A DNA stretch of 64,000 bases, taken from contig CAWIPH010000001.1 in the NCBI GenBank assembly GCA_963837955.1, forward strand, positions 64,001-128,000, read 5' to 3'. Below are positions 1-9,131 of the stretch, piece after piece (the first letter of the stretch is position 1; each line of letters starts with the position of its first letter). The notes below the pieces were generated by a model. It made no database searches. It saw only the letters and a program-made list of their open reading frames with translations, and was not told where the DNA came from. This DNA comes from an uncultured Verrucomicrobiae bacterium (GTDB taxonomy: Bacteria > Verrucomicrobiota > Verrucomicrobiia > Chthoniobacterales > JAFAMB01). The translations under genes and the position numbers were made by a program.

Positions 1-425
1 CTATTATCCTCCCCGTCCGATCCAAGTCAGTGCTAGTGGACCAAAACATCGCAACAGCCATAGGCAACGCTTGGCGCGACACATGCGTTATTTAATCAAA
101 AAACGCATCGAGTCCCCCCACGGACAGTGGTTGCAACGTCGGCGCCAAACGGTAGCTGAGGGTGCTTTTGGTTTTATCAAACGCGCGTTGGGCTTTCAGC
201 GCTTCAGTCTACGCGGCTTGCAAAAAGTTCAGACCGAATGGCAACTAGTCTGCTTGGCCTTTAACCTGCGCAAACTGGCCTAAAGAAAACAAAAAGGCTC
301 TGCACCTACCCGCAGCTCCCTTCGCGGAAAATTACGGCTTACCTCAAAGCTGATCGCAATCCTCCCCTTTACCGTCTCCCTTCCGCCAAAAAAAAGCGGA
401 AAAAACATCACGAAGTCCGACGGCC
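1..425 (+). mobile_element. Right-hand end of an IS1182-family-like insertion sequence, truncated by the window start
   Basis: Transposase C-terminus followed at 413-425 by AAGTCCGACGGCC, which resembles IS1182-type terminal inverted repeats (xxGTCGGACT read from outside). The left end is outside the window, so the boundary is approximate. Confidence 0.65.
2..283 (+). CDS. Transposase, DDE_Tnp_1_6/IS1182-like, C-terminal part (5' partial)
   Basis: Frame is open from position 2. It contains RRQTVAEGAFGFIKRALGFQRFSLRGLQKVQTEWQLVCLAFNLRKL, the typical C-terminal signature of this transposase family. Confidence 0.85.
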   Translation, partial: YYPPRPIQVSASGPKHRNSHRQRLARHMRYLIKKRIESPHGQWLQRRRQTVAEGAFGFIKRALGFQRFSLRGLQKVQTEWQLVCLAFNLRKLA

Positions 426-505
426 CCCTCCGGGACGCGTCGTTTTTTTAAACGCCACCCCAGCACTTCGTACTGGGCTACTTTCATTGAGTCCCTCCGG
501 GACGA
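426..505. repeat. REP-like palindromic element (two GTCCCTCCGGGAC palindromes around a CCCAGCACTTCGTACTGGG hairpin)
   Basis: CCCTCCGGGACG at 426-437, hairpin at 458-477 and GTCCCTCCGGGACG at 491-504. Confidence 0.6.
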
Positions 506-576
506 CTTCTCTCCGCGCATATCCTTCCTGTTATGTTGACGCGCCTGCGCAGCCGAGGAACTCCTTTATTGACGGC

Positions 577-1131
577 CTAGCTCCCATCCCGCAAGGCGGG
601 GAAAATCTGCAAGATTTCATCTGCACTTGGTCTCCGCACGAGCTGAATGAGGACGGTCTGCTCATGCGCATTGACCCTTGCCACGAATCGATCGTTCGGT
701 TTGCGTCCGAGCAAGATTGAACCAAGGGGAGAGTTGTACGGCAACGGTAAGGTTTCGCCGGAGTCCGGGACCTGGTTGTCCCGAGCACCCGCAATCAGAA
801 ACCGCTCACGGTTTCCATTCAACTCCATCTCGACGATCGTACCGATTTCGATAGCTTCCGTTGGTTCGTCCGTGACCCAAGACCGGGGATCAACTAATCG
901 ATGGCCTTGGTTTATCAGGGTGTTCATCTCTTTCGTGAGCCGTCGCTGGACGCGGCCCATTGTGCGGAATTTTTCTTTGGCAGCCTGATAAGGAGCGTTC
1001 TCGCTTAGATCTCCATCTTGTTTGGCAATCTTGGCCTCCCGGAGTGCCTCATTCTTCTGAGCCTGAGTGGTTTCGAAGCGCTCTCCTAATTCCCATGCGC
1101 TCACCGTGGAAAGAATGATCTTCTCGTCCAT
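577..1131 (-). CDS. GreA/GreB-family transcription elongation factor
   Basis: GDLSENAPYQAAKE coiled-coil tip motif and C-terminal SPLGSILLG. Start placed at MDEK (1131). Confidence 0.85.
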   Translation of the reverse strand: MDEKIILSTVSAWELGERFETTQAQKNEALREAKIAKQDGDLSENAPYQAAKEKFRTMGRVQRRLTKEMNTLINQGHRLVDPRSWVTDEPTEAIEIGTIVEMELNGNRERFLIAGARDNQVPDSGETLPLPYNSPLGSILLGRKPNDRFVARVNAHEQTVLIQLVRRPSADEILQIFPALRDGS

Positions 1132-1236
1132 GTCACCAGAGATTAATAGCCGACAGCAAATAGCAAATACCAAATTGAGCGGATGCCAGAGAACAGGTTA
1201 CCAAGCCGCGGACCTGCAACTTGTAACCTGTAACCT

Positions 1237-2160
1237 CTAACCTACACCTCTCTCCGCCAGCCATTGCTTCATCAGTTTTCGCGAAATGGTTTCGAGGTGT
1301 GGAAACCGGGCAATGTGCCGGAGGAGAACTTCCTGGGTCTCACCGACATCGAACCAACGCACCTCCGCCAATTCCGACCCACAGACAATGTCGGTGGTCA
1401 CCGCGTCGGCGAAATAACCGAGCATCAACGATTGCGGGAATGGCCATGGCTGCGAGCCGAGGTAGCGCAAGTTTGCTATTTCGATTCCAGCTTCTTCTTT
1501 CACTTCGCGCAGCACCGCGGCTTCGGCGCTTTCCCCCGCTTCCACGAATCCAGCGAGAGTCGAAAAAACACCCTCCGGCCAGCTGGATTGCCGACCCAAA
1601 AGACAACGGCCTCCATGCTGGACTAGCATGATCGTCGCCGGGTCGCTCCGTGGAAAGTATTTGGCTGAACATTCGACATTGGTGCAGGCCATCACGTGGC
1701 CAGCTTCTTCGGGTAATGTTGGACTTCCGCAGCGAGAACAAAATTTCTGGACTTCATGCCAGTTTATCAGAGCTCTCACATAGAGGAGCAACTGCTGATC
1801 TTCGGGCGTCAGGATTCCGCGGGATTCACGAAGATGGATAAATCGTGCTTGACCGTTCTGGAGGCCAACCAGGGAGAGAGCCTCTCTATCCGTTTTGGGT
1901 TCGGTCAGGTTGGCAGCGAACACTGGCTGGTTGTCGGGCTGTAGGCCTAGGAAAATCGGCTTAATCGAGGAGGGAAGCGCCGAAAACGGGAGAACCCAAG
2001 GCCGCTTATCTCCCGAAAGAGAGAAAAGGTTTTGGCCGCGCCACATTACGTAAACCGGCACCGGACTGGCGCGCTGCTCTTCCAACCAAGTCACGTCACT
2101 GCGCAGATGGGCTTCTCGTTGCAGGCCGATACGCGTATAATGTTCTACGAAATTGATCAT
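1237..2160 (-). CDS. nudC: NAD(H) diphosphatase NudC
   Basis: Zinc ribbon FCSRCG...C..C, Nudix box AGFVEAGESAEAAVLREVKEEAG, and the SQPWPFPQSLM signature. Confidence 0.95.
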   Translation of the reverse strand: MINFVEHYTRIGLQREAHLRSDVTWLEEQRASPVPVYVMWRGQNLFSLSGDKRPWVLPFSALPSSIKPIFLGLQPDNQPVFAANLTEPKTDREALSLVGLQNGQARFIHLRESRGILTPEDQQLLLYVRALINWHEVQKFCSRCGSPTLPEEAGHVMACTNVECSAKYFPRSDPATIMLVQHGGRCLLGRQSSWPEGVFSTLAGFVEAGESAEAAVLREVKEEAGIEIANLRYLGSQPWPFPQSLMLGYFADAVTTDIVCGSELAEVRWFDVGETQEVLLRHIARFPHLETISRKLMKQWLAERGVG

Positions 2161-2282
2161 AAGGCATAGTCTCTGCTCTTTTTTCCTGATACGATTATGA
2201 ACGATCTTTGGAGAAATGGAGTCTCAAGAGGCAGTATGGGACCTCCAAATCTGAATCGGATTTGCTGAAAGGGAACACGTCA

Positions 2283-3116
2283 ATGTCCATTCTACCCAAA
2301 ATATCAGTGCCGAAAGAAACCGCGGATTTGAGTCCACGGGAAATTCTTTTCCAGGAAACCCGTGGCTTCAAGTCATCGTTGGAGCCGTTAAATGTCGGGC
2401 TTGCGGTTTCGCGCGCAAAAATACGGTTGAAGGGCGGCGAGCCGCGCAGGCCCCCTTACTTTACTTGTTGCTACGACATTGGGACTCTCCTCAATGTAAA
2501 CATCGTCGCCTTTCTCTACCCGCTGTTGGCCGATTGGGAACTGATGGAAAGGCGGACCGAAAAGTACCGGCTACGAATCCAGGCAGCGCTTCGAGAGGAA
2601 ATGGTTCACGCGGTTCAAGTAATCGCTGCACGTAGCCGATACGAAACCACACCGGATCTGCAACGGCGATTCCCGGACACAGAAGCCTATTACGAGTCTC
2701 TGCTTGGGAGGATTATTGACGAACTGGCGACTAGCCAGGAAGGCCAGGAAGCAGTGCTCACGGCCGCAAGGCTCTATTATGAGGACTGGACTATCACCAG
2801 CATGGAAGAGCTTCGCCAGGTCGATCGTAATTTGCATGGCAGAGACGGATACATGGTGAGCGAGTTGATCCGTCAATTGATCCAAATTAGATTTGGCGAA
2901 CCTTTAAGCGAGGAAGCAAAAGGGAAGGCTTGGGACAAAAATCGGGTGTTTTCGATCAGCGAATTTGGCACTACGGAAAATCTTCTCAATTCGATGGCCG
3001 GCACGTTGCGAACGGCCGTGCCAAAGTTGGTCAGCTTAAGCCCGACCCTAGCAGAAGCACTCGAAGAGATTGAAGCGATGATTCGTCGAATACATCAAAC
3101 GGATGCGGTCCGATGA
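2283..3116 (+). CDS. Hypothetical protein (277 aa) with an EExxH zincin-like motif
   Basis: Long ORF filling the gap between nudC and the amidohydrolase. ATG at 2283; contains LREEMVHAVQ. Confidence 0.65.
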   Translation: MSILPKISVPKETADLSPREILFQETRGFKSSLEPLNVGLAVSRAKIRLKGGEPRRPPYFTCCYDIGTLLNVNIVAFLYPLLADWELMERRTEKYRLRIQAALREEMVHAVQVIAARSRYETTPDLQRRFPDTEAYYESLLGRIIDELATSQEGQEAVLTAARLYYEDWTITSMEELRQVDRNLHGRDGYMVSELIRQLIQIRFGEPLSEEAKGKAWDKNRVFSISEFGTTENLLNSMAGTLRTAVPKLVSLSPTLAEALEEIEAMIRRIHQTDAVR

Positions 3117-3212
3117 GCTGGACAGTGTTCCAAACGTTCCACGGCCCAGGTGCTGGAACCGTGGCCGTCAAGCTCGTCGGCTGTACGCAGAAGGCACGAC
3201 GGCTTTATTTGA

Positions 3213-4424
3213 ATGACGCACAAAACTGAGTGCTCTAAAGATTCGTCACTCAACCGCATTGAAACGACGCTGCTTCGGTTGAAAGCAGAATTTTCGCATG
3301 TCCGGCGCCACCTGCACCGCAATCCTGAATTAAGTGGCGAAGAGATTGCAACGACTCAATACCTGAGCGAGCGCCTGACACAGGAAGGGATTCCTCATCG
3401 CGTAGCTGAAGGTGGGAAAGGGATCATCACGGAATCTTTTCCCGGTGGAGAGCATGGAGCGCCGACCATTGCCCTAAGAGCAGATATCGACGCATTGCCG
3501 ATTCAGGAAGAGAGCAACACTGACTATTGCTCCTCTAAACCGGGGGTAATGCATGCTTGCGGGCACGATGCCCATACTGCGATCCTCCTTGGAACCACGA
3601 TCGCCTTATATCAAGCCGGGCCCCTGCCCACCGCTTGGAAAAGTATCTTTCAACCATCAGAAGAGTTGGGGCACGGCGCTCTCGAGTTGGTAAAACAAGG
3701 AGCGATAAACGATGTAAGCGCCATTTTAGCGCTCCATGTTGATCCAAATCGCGAGGTCGGGCACTTGGGAGTCACGCCAGGACCGCGCACCGCTTTTTGC
3801 CAGGATTTCACGATTCAAGTAGTCGGTCGCGGCGGCCACGGCGCGAGACCGAGCGCTGCAATCGATCCGATCGCGATAGCCGCACAATTGATTACCTTGA
3901 TCTACCAAGCGGTTCCGAGACAGATCGACTCCCGAGACCCGGTGGTCGTGACGATCGGCATGATCCAGGGAGGCCAGACCAATAACGTGATTCCCGATTC
4001 GGTAACGCTAAAAGGAACTATTCGCGCGCTCAAAGAGGCAATTTCAGAGCAAGCTCGCCTAGCATTAGAAAGGCTCTGTCGCGGAACCGAGCAAGCTTTT
4101 GGCGCTTCCATTTCGCTCGATTTCAGCGCTCTCCTCCGAGGTTTGACAAACGATCCTAATGTGAGCGAGATCTGCTTGAAAGCCGCTCACGAGTTGGTCG
4201 GAACCCACCGGGTGGCGACGGATGATCGACCAAGTCTGGGCGGAGAAGATTTCGCCGATTACTTGACTCGGGTACCCGGTTGTATGGTCAGCCTCGGAGT
4301 CAAGCGGCCGGGAAAAGAAGTTACGCCCTTGCACACGTCGAGATTCGATATTGATGAGCGAGCATTATTAATCGGAGCTAGGCTTTTGGCCCGGATCCTT
4401 CTCCGCTGGCCGGTTGCTACCTGA
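3213..4424 (+). CDS. M20D-family amidohydrolase
   Basis: RRHLHRNPELSGEE, ALRADIDALP, MHACGHDAH, FQPSEE, GGHGA and GGEDFA motifs. Confidence 0.95.
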   Translation: MTHKTECSKDSSLNRIETTLLRLKAEFSHVRRHLHRNPELSGEEIATTQYLSERLTQEGIPHRVAEGGKGIITESFPGGEHGAPTIALRADIDALPIQEESNTDYCSSKPGVMHACGHDAHTAILLGTTIALYQAGPLPTAWKSIFQPSEELGHGALELVKQGAINDVSAILALHVDPNREVGHLGVTPGPRTAFCQDFTIQVVGRGGHGARPSAAIDPIAIAAQLITLIYQAVPRQIDSRDPVVVTIGMIQGGQTNNVIPDSVTLKGTIRALKEAISEQARLALERLCRGTEQAFGASISLDFSALLRGLTNDPNVSEICLKAAHELVGTHRVATDDRPSLGGEDFADYLTRVPGCMVSLGVKRPGKEVTPLHTSRFDIDERALLIGARLLARILLRWPVAT

Positions 4425-4448
4425 TTTTGAGCTCGAACCAGCGAACCT

Positions 4449-5261
4449 ATGTTGATCAAAATTGGATACGATATCGCTCTGCAGCTGTTGGTTCCGACAT
4501 CGGTTATTTTTGTCCTGCGAGTGCATCCTTCCCGCAAGACCGATCTGGTCGAGGGCGAAAATTTTCGGGTCGAACCCAATCTGCCCTTGGAGGATTATTT
4601 CGACACCTTCCAAAACCATTGCGGTCGAGTAAACGCTCCGAGCGGTATCGTGCGCTTCCGAAACGATGGGACAATCTCTGACAGTGGCGAGCCGGACCGC
4701 TACGCACCGGATGTCGAGCAGCTGGAAGTCAGCGATTTGCCGATATCGACCCTTGCGTTCCTATTACCCAGTCGTTACTGCGAAGTCGACAGCGAACTCC
4801 TCAATTTTGCCTGGAATACGTTCGGGAAGACCCCGACCGGTTGGGCTCGGGTTCGGGCGATTTGCGATTTTGTGCACAACCATCTGCGCTTTGACTATAT
4901 GCAAGCTCGAGCGAATCGCACTGCGCTCGAGGCTTTTCGGGAGCGGGTCGGCGTTTGTCGCGATTTTACTCATCTTGCCATCACGCTATGTCGTTGTCTG
5001 AACATCCCGGCTCGCTACGCCACCGGTTACCTCGGCGACATCGGCGTCCCTCCAGATCCAAATCCCATGGATTTCAGTGCTTGGTTCGAGGTTTTCCTCG
5101 GTGGACAATGGTACACTTTCGACGCTCGCCATAATCGCAGCAGGATCGGCCGAATCGTCATCGGTCGCGGCCGAGATGCCGGCGATGTGCCGATTACGAT
5201 GGTTTTCGGTCAACACACTCTCGCGCACTTCGAGGTGATTACGAGAGAACTGGAAGCGTGA
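4449..5261 (+). CDS. Transglutaminase-like family protein
   Basis: LLPSRYCE, GVCRDFTHLAITLCRCLNIPARY and DFSAWFEVFLGGQWYTFDA motifs. Confidence 0.92.
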   Translation: MLIKIGYDIALQLLVPTSVIFVLRVHPSRKTDLVEGENFRVEPNLPLEDYFDTFQNHCGRVNAPSGIVRFRNDGTISDSGEPDRYAPDVEQLEVSDLPISTLAFLLPSRYCEVDSELLNFAWNTFGKTPTGWARVRAICDFVHNHLRFDYMQARANRTALEAFRERVGVCRDFTHLAITLCRCLNIPARYATGYLGDIGVPPDPNPMDFSAWFEVFLGGQWYTFDARHNRSRIGRIVIGRGRDAGDVPITMVFGQHTLAHFEVITRELEA

Positions 5262-5512
5262 TGAGATTCCTTCGCTTTTGGGCGGTTCATCTTCCTGATC
5301 CTCAGTTCGATCCGAAAGAGGAGCTTCGGGTTAGCGCCAAACCGTGTCCCATTGCGATTTCGATCCGGACAAAAAATCCTTTGTGTTTGTCCGTCGCCAA
5401 AAGCGGGTCGAAGTGTTTCGAGAGCGGCTGCTAACGGTCTTCACGGAGTAAGCATCATCCCTTTTTGCGTTCCCTTTAAGGATCTATCGGGAAAGCTGCG
5501 AAAGAGGCCCTG

Positions 5513-6061
5513 TTAGCTGGCAGAAGTCGTTATACCTTGGATCAGAAACCATGCCCCAATCGCGGCACCACCCAATGCAACGAACCAGAACGGTTTTCGT
5601 CTCGTAAGCACCGAAATAGCGCCGATGGCGATGGCTATCTGGAAAAGCGTGACTGCGCGAGAAAGAGTATTGTGGCTTTTGACGTGCGATTCCGATCTCT
5701 CCTGAGCTTTCTCCGCTTCCTTCCTAATCTCCTCTTGCTCTGCCGCGTACTGTTGAACCTTCTTCTCGTCTCCCGGATCGACCTCTTTGCCGAGGGCGCG
5801 CTGGATATCCATTTTCGCTGCGAGAATATTCGCCTTAATTCCCTTCGCCTGGTAGTAAGCCCACTGATCGGTAGCCTTCATTTGCTCGATCAACGCTTCA
5901 TCGGAGTGGTGCCCAGCCAAAAGAGCCGAGACAGCGGCAAGCGCGGCGATCAAGGCCGCACTAAGCGCAACGCCCAGGGTCCAACGTTCACCCGAGTGTT
6001 CCGCATGGTGGTGGATTTCTTCATGAGCAGACTCTAAAGGAACTTCTGGTTCTTCGGGCAT
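5513..6061 (-). CDS. DUF4337-family membrane protein
   Basis: His-rich N-terminus, TM helix, DQWAYYQAKGIK motif and two C-terminal TM helices. Confidence 0.85.
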   Translation of the reverse strand: MPEEPEVPLESAHEEIHHHAEHSGERWTLGVALSAALIAALAAVSALLAGHHSDEALIEQMKATDQWAYYQAKGIKANILAAKMDIQRALGKEVDPGDEKKVQQYAAEQEEIRKEAEKAQERSESHVKSHNTLSRAVTLFQIAIAIGAISVLTRRKPFWFVALGGAAIGAWFLIQGITTSAS

Positions 6062-6296
6062 AGGAATCAAAGGTTGCGATACGGTCCTCTTGTATGTGAA
6101 ACCTTATTAATAATCCAGCCATCGATTGCGGCTTTCGCTCTCGTAAACCACGAAAAACACGAATGGGACCCCTTTAATTGGCGTCCATTCGCTCTTCCTC
6201 CTCTGGTGTTCCCTTCGCCCGAGGAGGTCAGACACCTCGGTTGCGGGTCTGCGTGTTTTGACTCGCAACCTGACCTTGCTGATTCAACATTAGTTG

Positions 6297-6686
6297 ATGG
6301 GGGCCCGTTCAAAAAAGCGCATCGAGACCAATGCCTCTTCCAGTCCACTGGTCGAACTGGAAGATGCGTTTCCTGAAATGAACCTTTCGAAAGAGGCGGA
6401 TCAGCCTCCCCGCGCAAACGAAACATCAGCGCCAATCTGGAAATTAGGCCGCGTCGTGTTACGTCGAGAGACGGCTCATCGCGGCGGAAAAACTGTTATA
6501 GTCGTCGACCAATTTGCTACCCATTTGCCCCTCTCGGTGATCGAAACCGTGGCAAAGAAAATTCGGGTAGCCTGCGGTTGCGGCGGATCCGTGAAAGGCA
6601 GAACGATTGAGCTTCAGGGCGATCAGGCGGTCCGGGTGCGAGCAGCGTTGGAAAAAGAGGGGTTCAAAGTAGACGGCGTCAGGTAG
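6297..6686 (+). CDS. yciH: Translation initiation factor SUI1/YciH family
   Basis: RRETAHRGGKTV...CGCGGSVK..TIELQGD signature. Confidence 0.88.
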   Translation: MGARSKKRIETNASSSPLVELEDAFPEMNLSKEADQPPRANETSAPIWKLGRVVLRRETAHRGGKTVIVVDQFATHLPLSVIETVAKKIRVACGCGGSVKGRTIELQGDQAVRVRAALEKEGFKVDGVR

Positions 6687-6754
6687 CGCGGTTTCGCCGG
6701 AAATGAGGATGGATACGACCGCCGCAGTGGTTCGGCGCGAACCACTTGCGACTT

Positions 6755-6907
6755 ATGGGCACCATTCTCTTAATTATCGTTGTGCTTCTAATAATCGGCG
6801 CACTTCCGAGTTGGCCTTACAGCAGCGGCTGGGGATATTATCCATCTGGCGGGCTGGGTTTGGTGTTGTTGATCATCATAATCCTGCTCGTTCTCAAATA
6901 TATTTAA
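6755..6907 (+). CDS. DUF3309-family small membrane protein (50 aa; below the ORF-track length cut-off)
   Basis: Hand translation gives MGTILLIIVVLLIIGALPSWPYSSGWGYYPSGGLGLVLLIIIILLVLKYI*, containing the GALPxWPYSxxWGYYPSGGLG family signature. Confidence 0.9.
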   Translation: MGTILLIIVVLLIIGALPSWPYSSGWGYYPSGGLGLVLLIIIILLVLKYI

Positions 6908-6946
6908 CCTCGCAGCTTAGGTAGACCGCCGGATCTCCCCAGAACT

Positions 6947-6979
6947 GGGACGACTAAATTAGTCGTCCCTTTTTATTTT
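6947..6979 (+). terminator. Rho-independent terminator
   Basis: GGGACGACTA-AAT-TAGTCGTCCC perfect stem followed by a T-rich tract. Confidence 0.85.
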
Positions 6980-7057
6980 CCGGGCCCATTAGCATTTTCG
7001 ACTTGCGCTCAAGGCGTCTTTTCTGTTCACTCCTTAGTCCCGAAAGGAGGCATAACC

Positions 7058-7138
7058 ATGAAAACAGACTCTATCCGAACCGCCATTCAGCGCCGGACTC
7101 ACATGGCTAATGCTCCTCTTCGCTTCGGCCGCCGCTAA
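7058..7138 (+). CDS. Candidate 26-aa leader/small peptide MKTDSIRTAIQRRTHMANAPLRFGRR
   Basis: Strong Shine-Dalgarno AAGGAGG ending 7 nt before the ATG. It lies just after a terminator in an otherwise empty region. Confidence 0.5.
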   Translation: MKTDSIRTAIQRRTHMANAPLRFGRR

Positions 7139-7298
7139 TTGCGGGGCCTTCACCCGACCAGGGGCTCAGCAGTAGTCGAGCCGTCGGTCCGCGGTAACAC
7201 CCGGCCGAATTTCGCGTCTCCTACTCCCATTTGGTCCATCGTCAGACCCGATGATGGCAGCTCCCCTCAAGACATTTAATCCAAAAGAGATTTACAAA

Positions 7299-7586
7299 AT
7301 GATTACTACCGAAACATCACAGAACGTTCAGAGACCCAAGGGGATTTCTTCTGAAAATCAGGAGACTTCTTCCCGGAAGATCATTGATTTTTTTGCTGCA
7401 AGGGAGGCACTGCGATCAGAGGCCAAGTCCGTCGATAAACAGGCGGAACTACAACAGCAGCTTCGCTCGAAAGCGGGTCCGATGAGGCACGTCCATCTTC
7501 CCGATCCATTGGAAGATGCCATGCTTCTACTCTTGCTGGTGGCCGCAGTAGTGTTGGGGTTGCTGGTAATTTCCGGCTTTGGGTGA
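7299..7586 (+). CDS. Hypothetical small protein with a C-terminal TM helix (tail-anchored type)
   Basis: ATG in AT-rich context; hydrophilic N-terminus followed by MLLLLLVAAVVLGLLVISGFG. Confidence 0.55.
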   Translation: MITTETSQNVQRPKGISSENQETSSRKIIDFFAAREALRSEAKSVDKQAELQQQLRSKAGPMRHVHLPDPLEDAMLLLLLVAAVVLGLLVISGFG

Positions 7587-7744
7587 AGGTAATGCAGCTC
7601 GAAGGGGGTCGGGTCATTTCCAAGTTGGAATGGCTCGGCTCCCGTCTTCGCAAGGTCTGCGGCTCTATCGAAGATTGGGCGCCGCAAAGCCGAAGGGACG
7701 ACGGCCCATCGGGCAACGACAACACCTTGGGTACAAGCCACAAA

Positions 7745-7800
7745 CGGCTCAAGCCGATCCCGCTGAGACGGTATCAAGCTTTCGCCCTACCGATCAGGGG
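7745..7800 (-). repeat. GTAG-type REP-like element, family A (GGTAGGGCGAAA-stem-TTGAGCCG)
   Basis: Reverse complement matches 35724-35779 at 55 of 56 positions. Confidence 0.85.
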
Positions 7801-7819
7801 CCCGGGAAGCCGGCTCGCC

Positions 7820-8461
7820 CTAGTTGGCTGCCGGCTGCGTCTCTTGCTTTTCGCTCTTGCTTCCCGCGAGCTTTGCCAAGAACTCATCATGGGTCATCGG
7901 ATGGGAAAACATCGGGAAATCGTGCTCAACAGCGTTCTCGTGTGCGGCTTGGTTCACCGTGGCAGCACAATCCTTGAGCGTAATCACATCATACCCAAGT
8001 TCGTAAGCGGTCCGCATAGTCGATTCGACACAGCAATTAGTCAGAAAACCGGCCAAAGCCACCGTTTCAATCTTCCGGTTTCGCAAGATAAAATCGAGGT
8101 TGGTTGAGGCAAATCCGTCCAAGCCTCGCTTCCCTTCAACGACGATGTCTTCCGGTCTCGGTTTCAGCGAATCCACGATTTGCGCTCCCCAACTCCCCTT
8201 TTCAAAAACGTCACCATCCTTGCAGCCTTTGAGGATCCCGTACGGGGCAGAGCTAATCTCCCCGAAGCCGGGAGCGAACTGGATCGGCAAATGAACGATG
8301 GTAGCGCCAGCTTTTCTCGCTTGCTCTACGGTTTGCTCGGTCTTCTGCAGCATTCCGGTGGACTGCATGACCGGCTCGACAGCCTGGTGCAATTTCCCGC
8401 CAGGCGTAGTAAAATCGTTTTGGAACTCGATAAGAACGACAGCGGTAGATGAAGGATTCAT
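7820..8461 (-). CDS. Isochorismatase-like cysteine hydrolase
   Basis: VLIEFQNDF, EGKRGLDGF and AGFLTNCCVESTMRTAYE motifs. Confidence 0.93.
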   Translation of the reverse strand: MNPSSTAVVLIEFQNDFTTPGGKLHQAVEPVMQSTGMLQKTEQTVEQARKAGATIVHLPIQFAPGFGEISSAPYGILKGCKDGDVFEKGSWGAQIVDSLKPRPEDIVVEGKRGLDGFASTNLDFILRNRKIETVALAGFLTNCCVESTMRTAYELGYDVITLKDCAATVNQAAHENAVEHDFPMFSHPMTHDEFLAKLAGSKSEKQETQPAAN

Positions 8462-8591
8462 GGATCGATGGGGGTTAGAATTTGGGTCAGGCAACTTAGC
8501 TCAACTTGGCCAATACCAAAAGCTTTCAACATCACGGTGCCTCGAGGTTTTCACTGGCCCAATCATTGTCTCGCGTACAATGATGGTTCTT

Positions 8592-9128
8592 ATGGGCAAA
8601 CTTCAAGTTGCGGCAGTGATACCGCTGTTGCTCCTAAGTGGGTGCGCCCACGAGCCGATGACCGAAACAGTCCCTGTCTCTGGCGGTCAATATCTTACTT
8701 TCACTCGCGTGGGTCCCGGCTTCGTCAAAGCTGAAAACGATCGCTTCGTCGTGGACGAATCGGGACTGACGATCTATCGAACGGAGGGAAAAAATTTCGT
8801 ACGCTGGCAGTTCGCCTTAATGCCCAAACATGAAACGGTGATCGAGTTGATTAAGATCGAAGATGTCACCGAAGATCACCCAATTCCGATCCTTGAGGAT
8901 CGCGCTCCACTGATCGAAGAAAGGCGGTGGGCTCGCCAAAGCGGCCTTATCCGAGCCAACCCGCATTCAATTCCCTGGCTCTTCGAGTTCGGTCGGACCA
9001 CACGAGTATTCCGGATTACAATTAAAGAAAGAACCGGAAGGACTTCCGTTCTTTACCAGCCGGTGTTGTTTACGAGCAAAGCCAAGAAAGATTTTCGAGT
9101 GCTAATGGGCCCCGAAACACCGGCGTGA
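8592..9128 (+). CDS. Hypothetical lipoprotein
   Basis: Signal peptide with lipobox LLLLSGC when started at MGKLQ (8592). Confidence 0.65.
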   Translation: MGKLQVAAVIPLLLLSGCAHEPMTETVPVSGGQYLTFTRVGPGFVKAENDRFVVDESGLTIYRTEGKNFVRWQFALMPKHETVIELIKIEDVTEDHPIPILEDRAPLIEERRWARQSGLIRANPHSIPWLFEFGRTTRVFRITIKERTGRTSVLYQPVLFTSKAKKDFRVLMGPETPA

Positions 9129-9131
9129 GGT

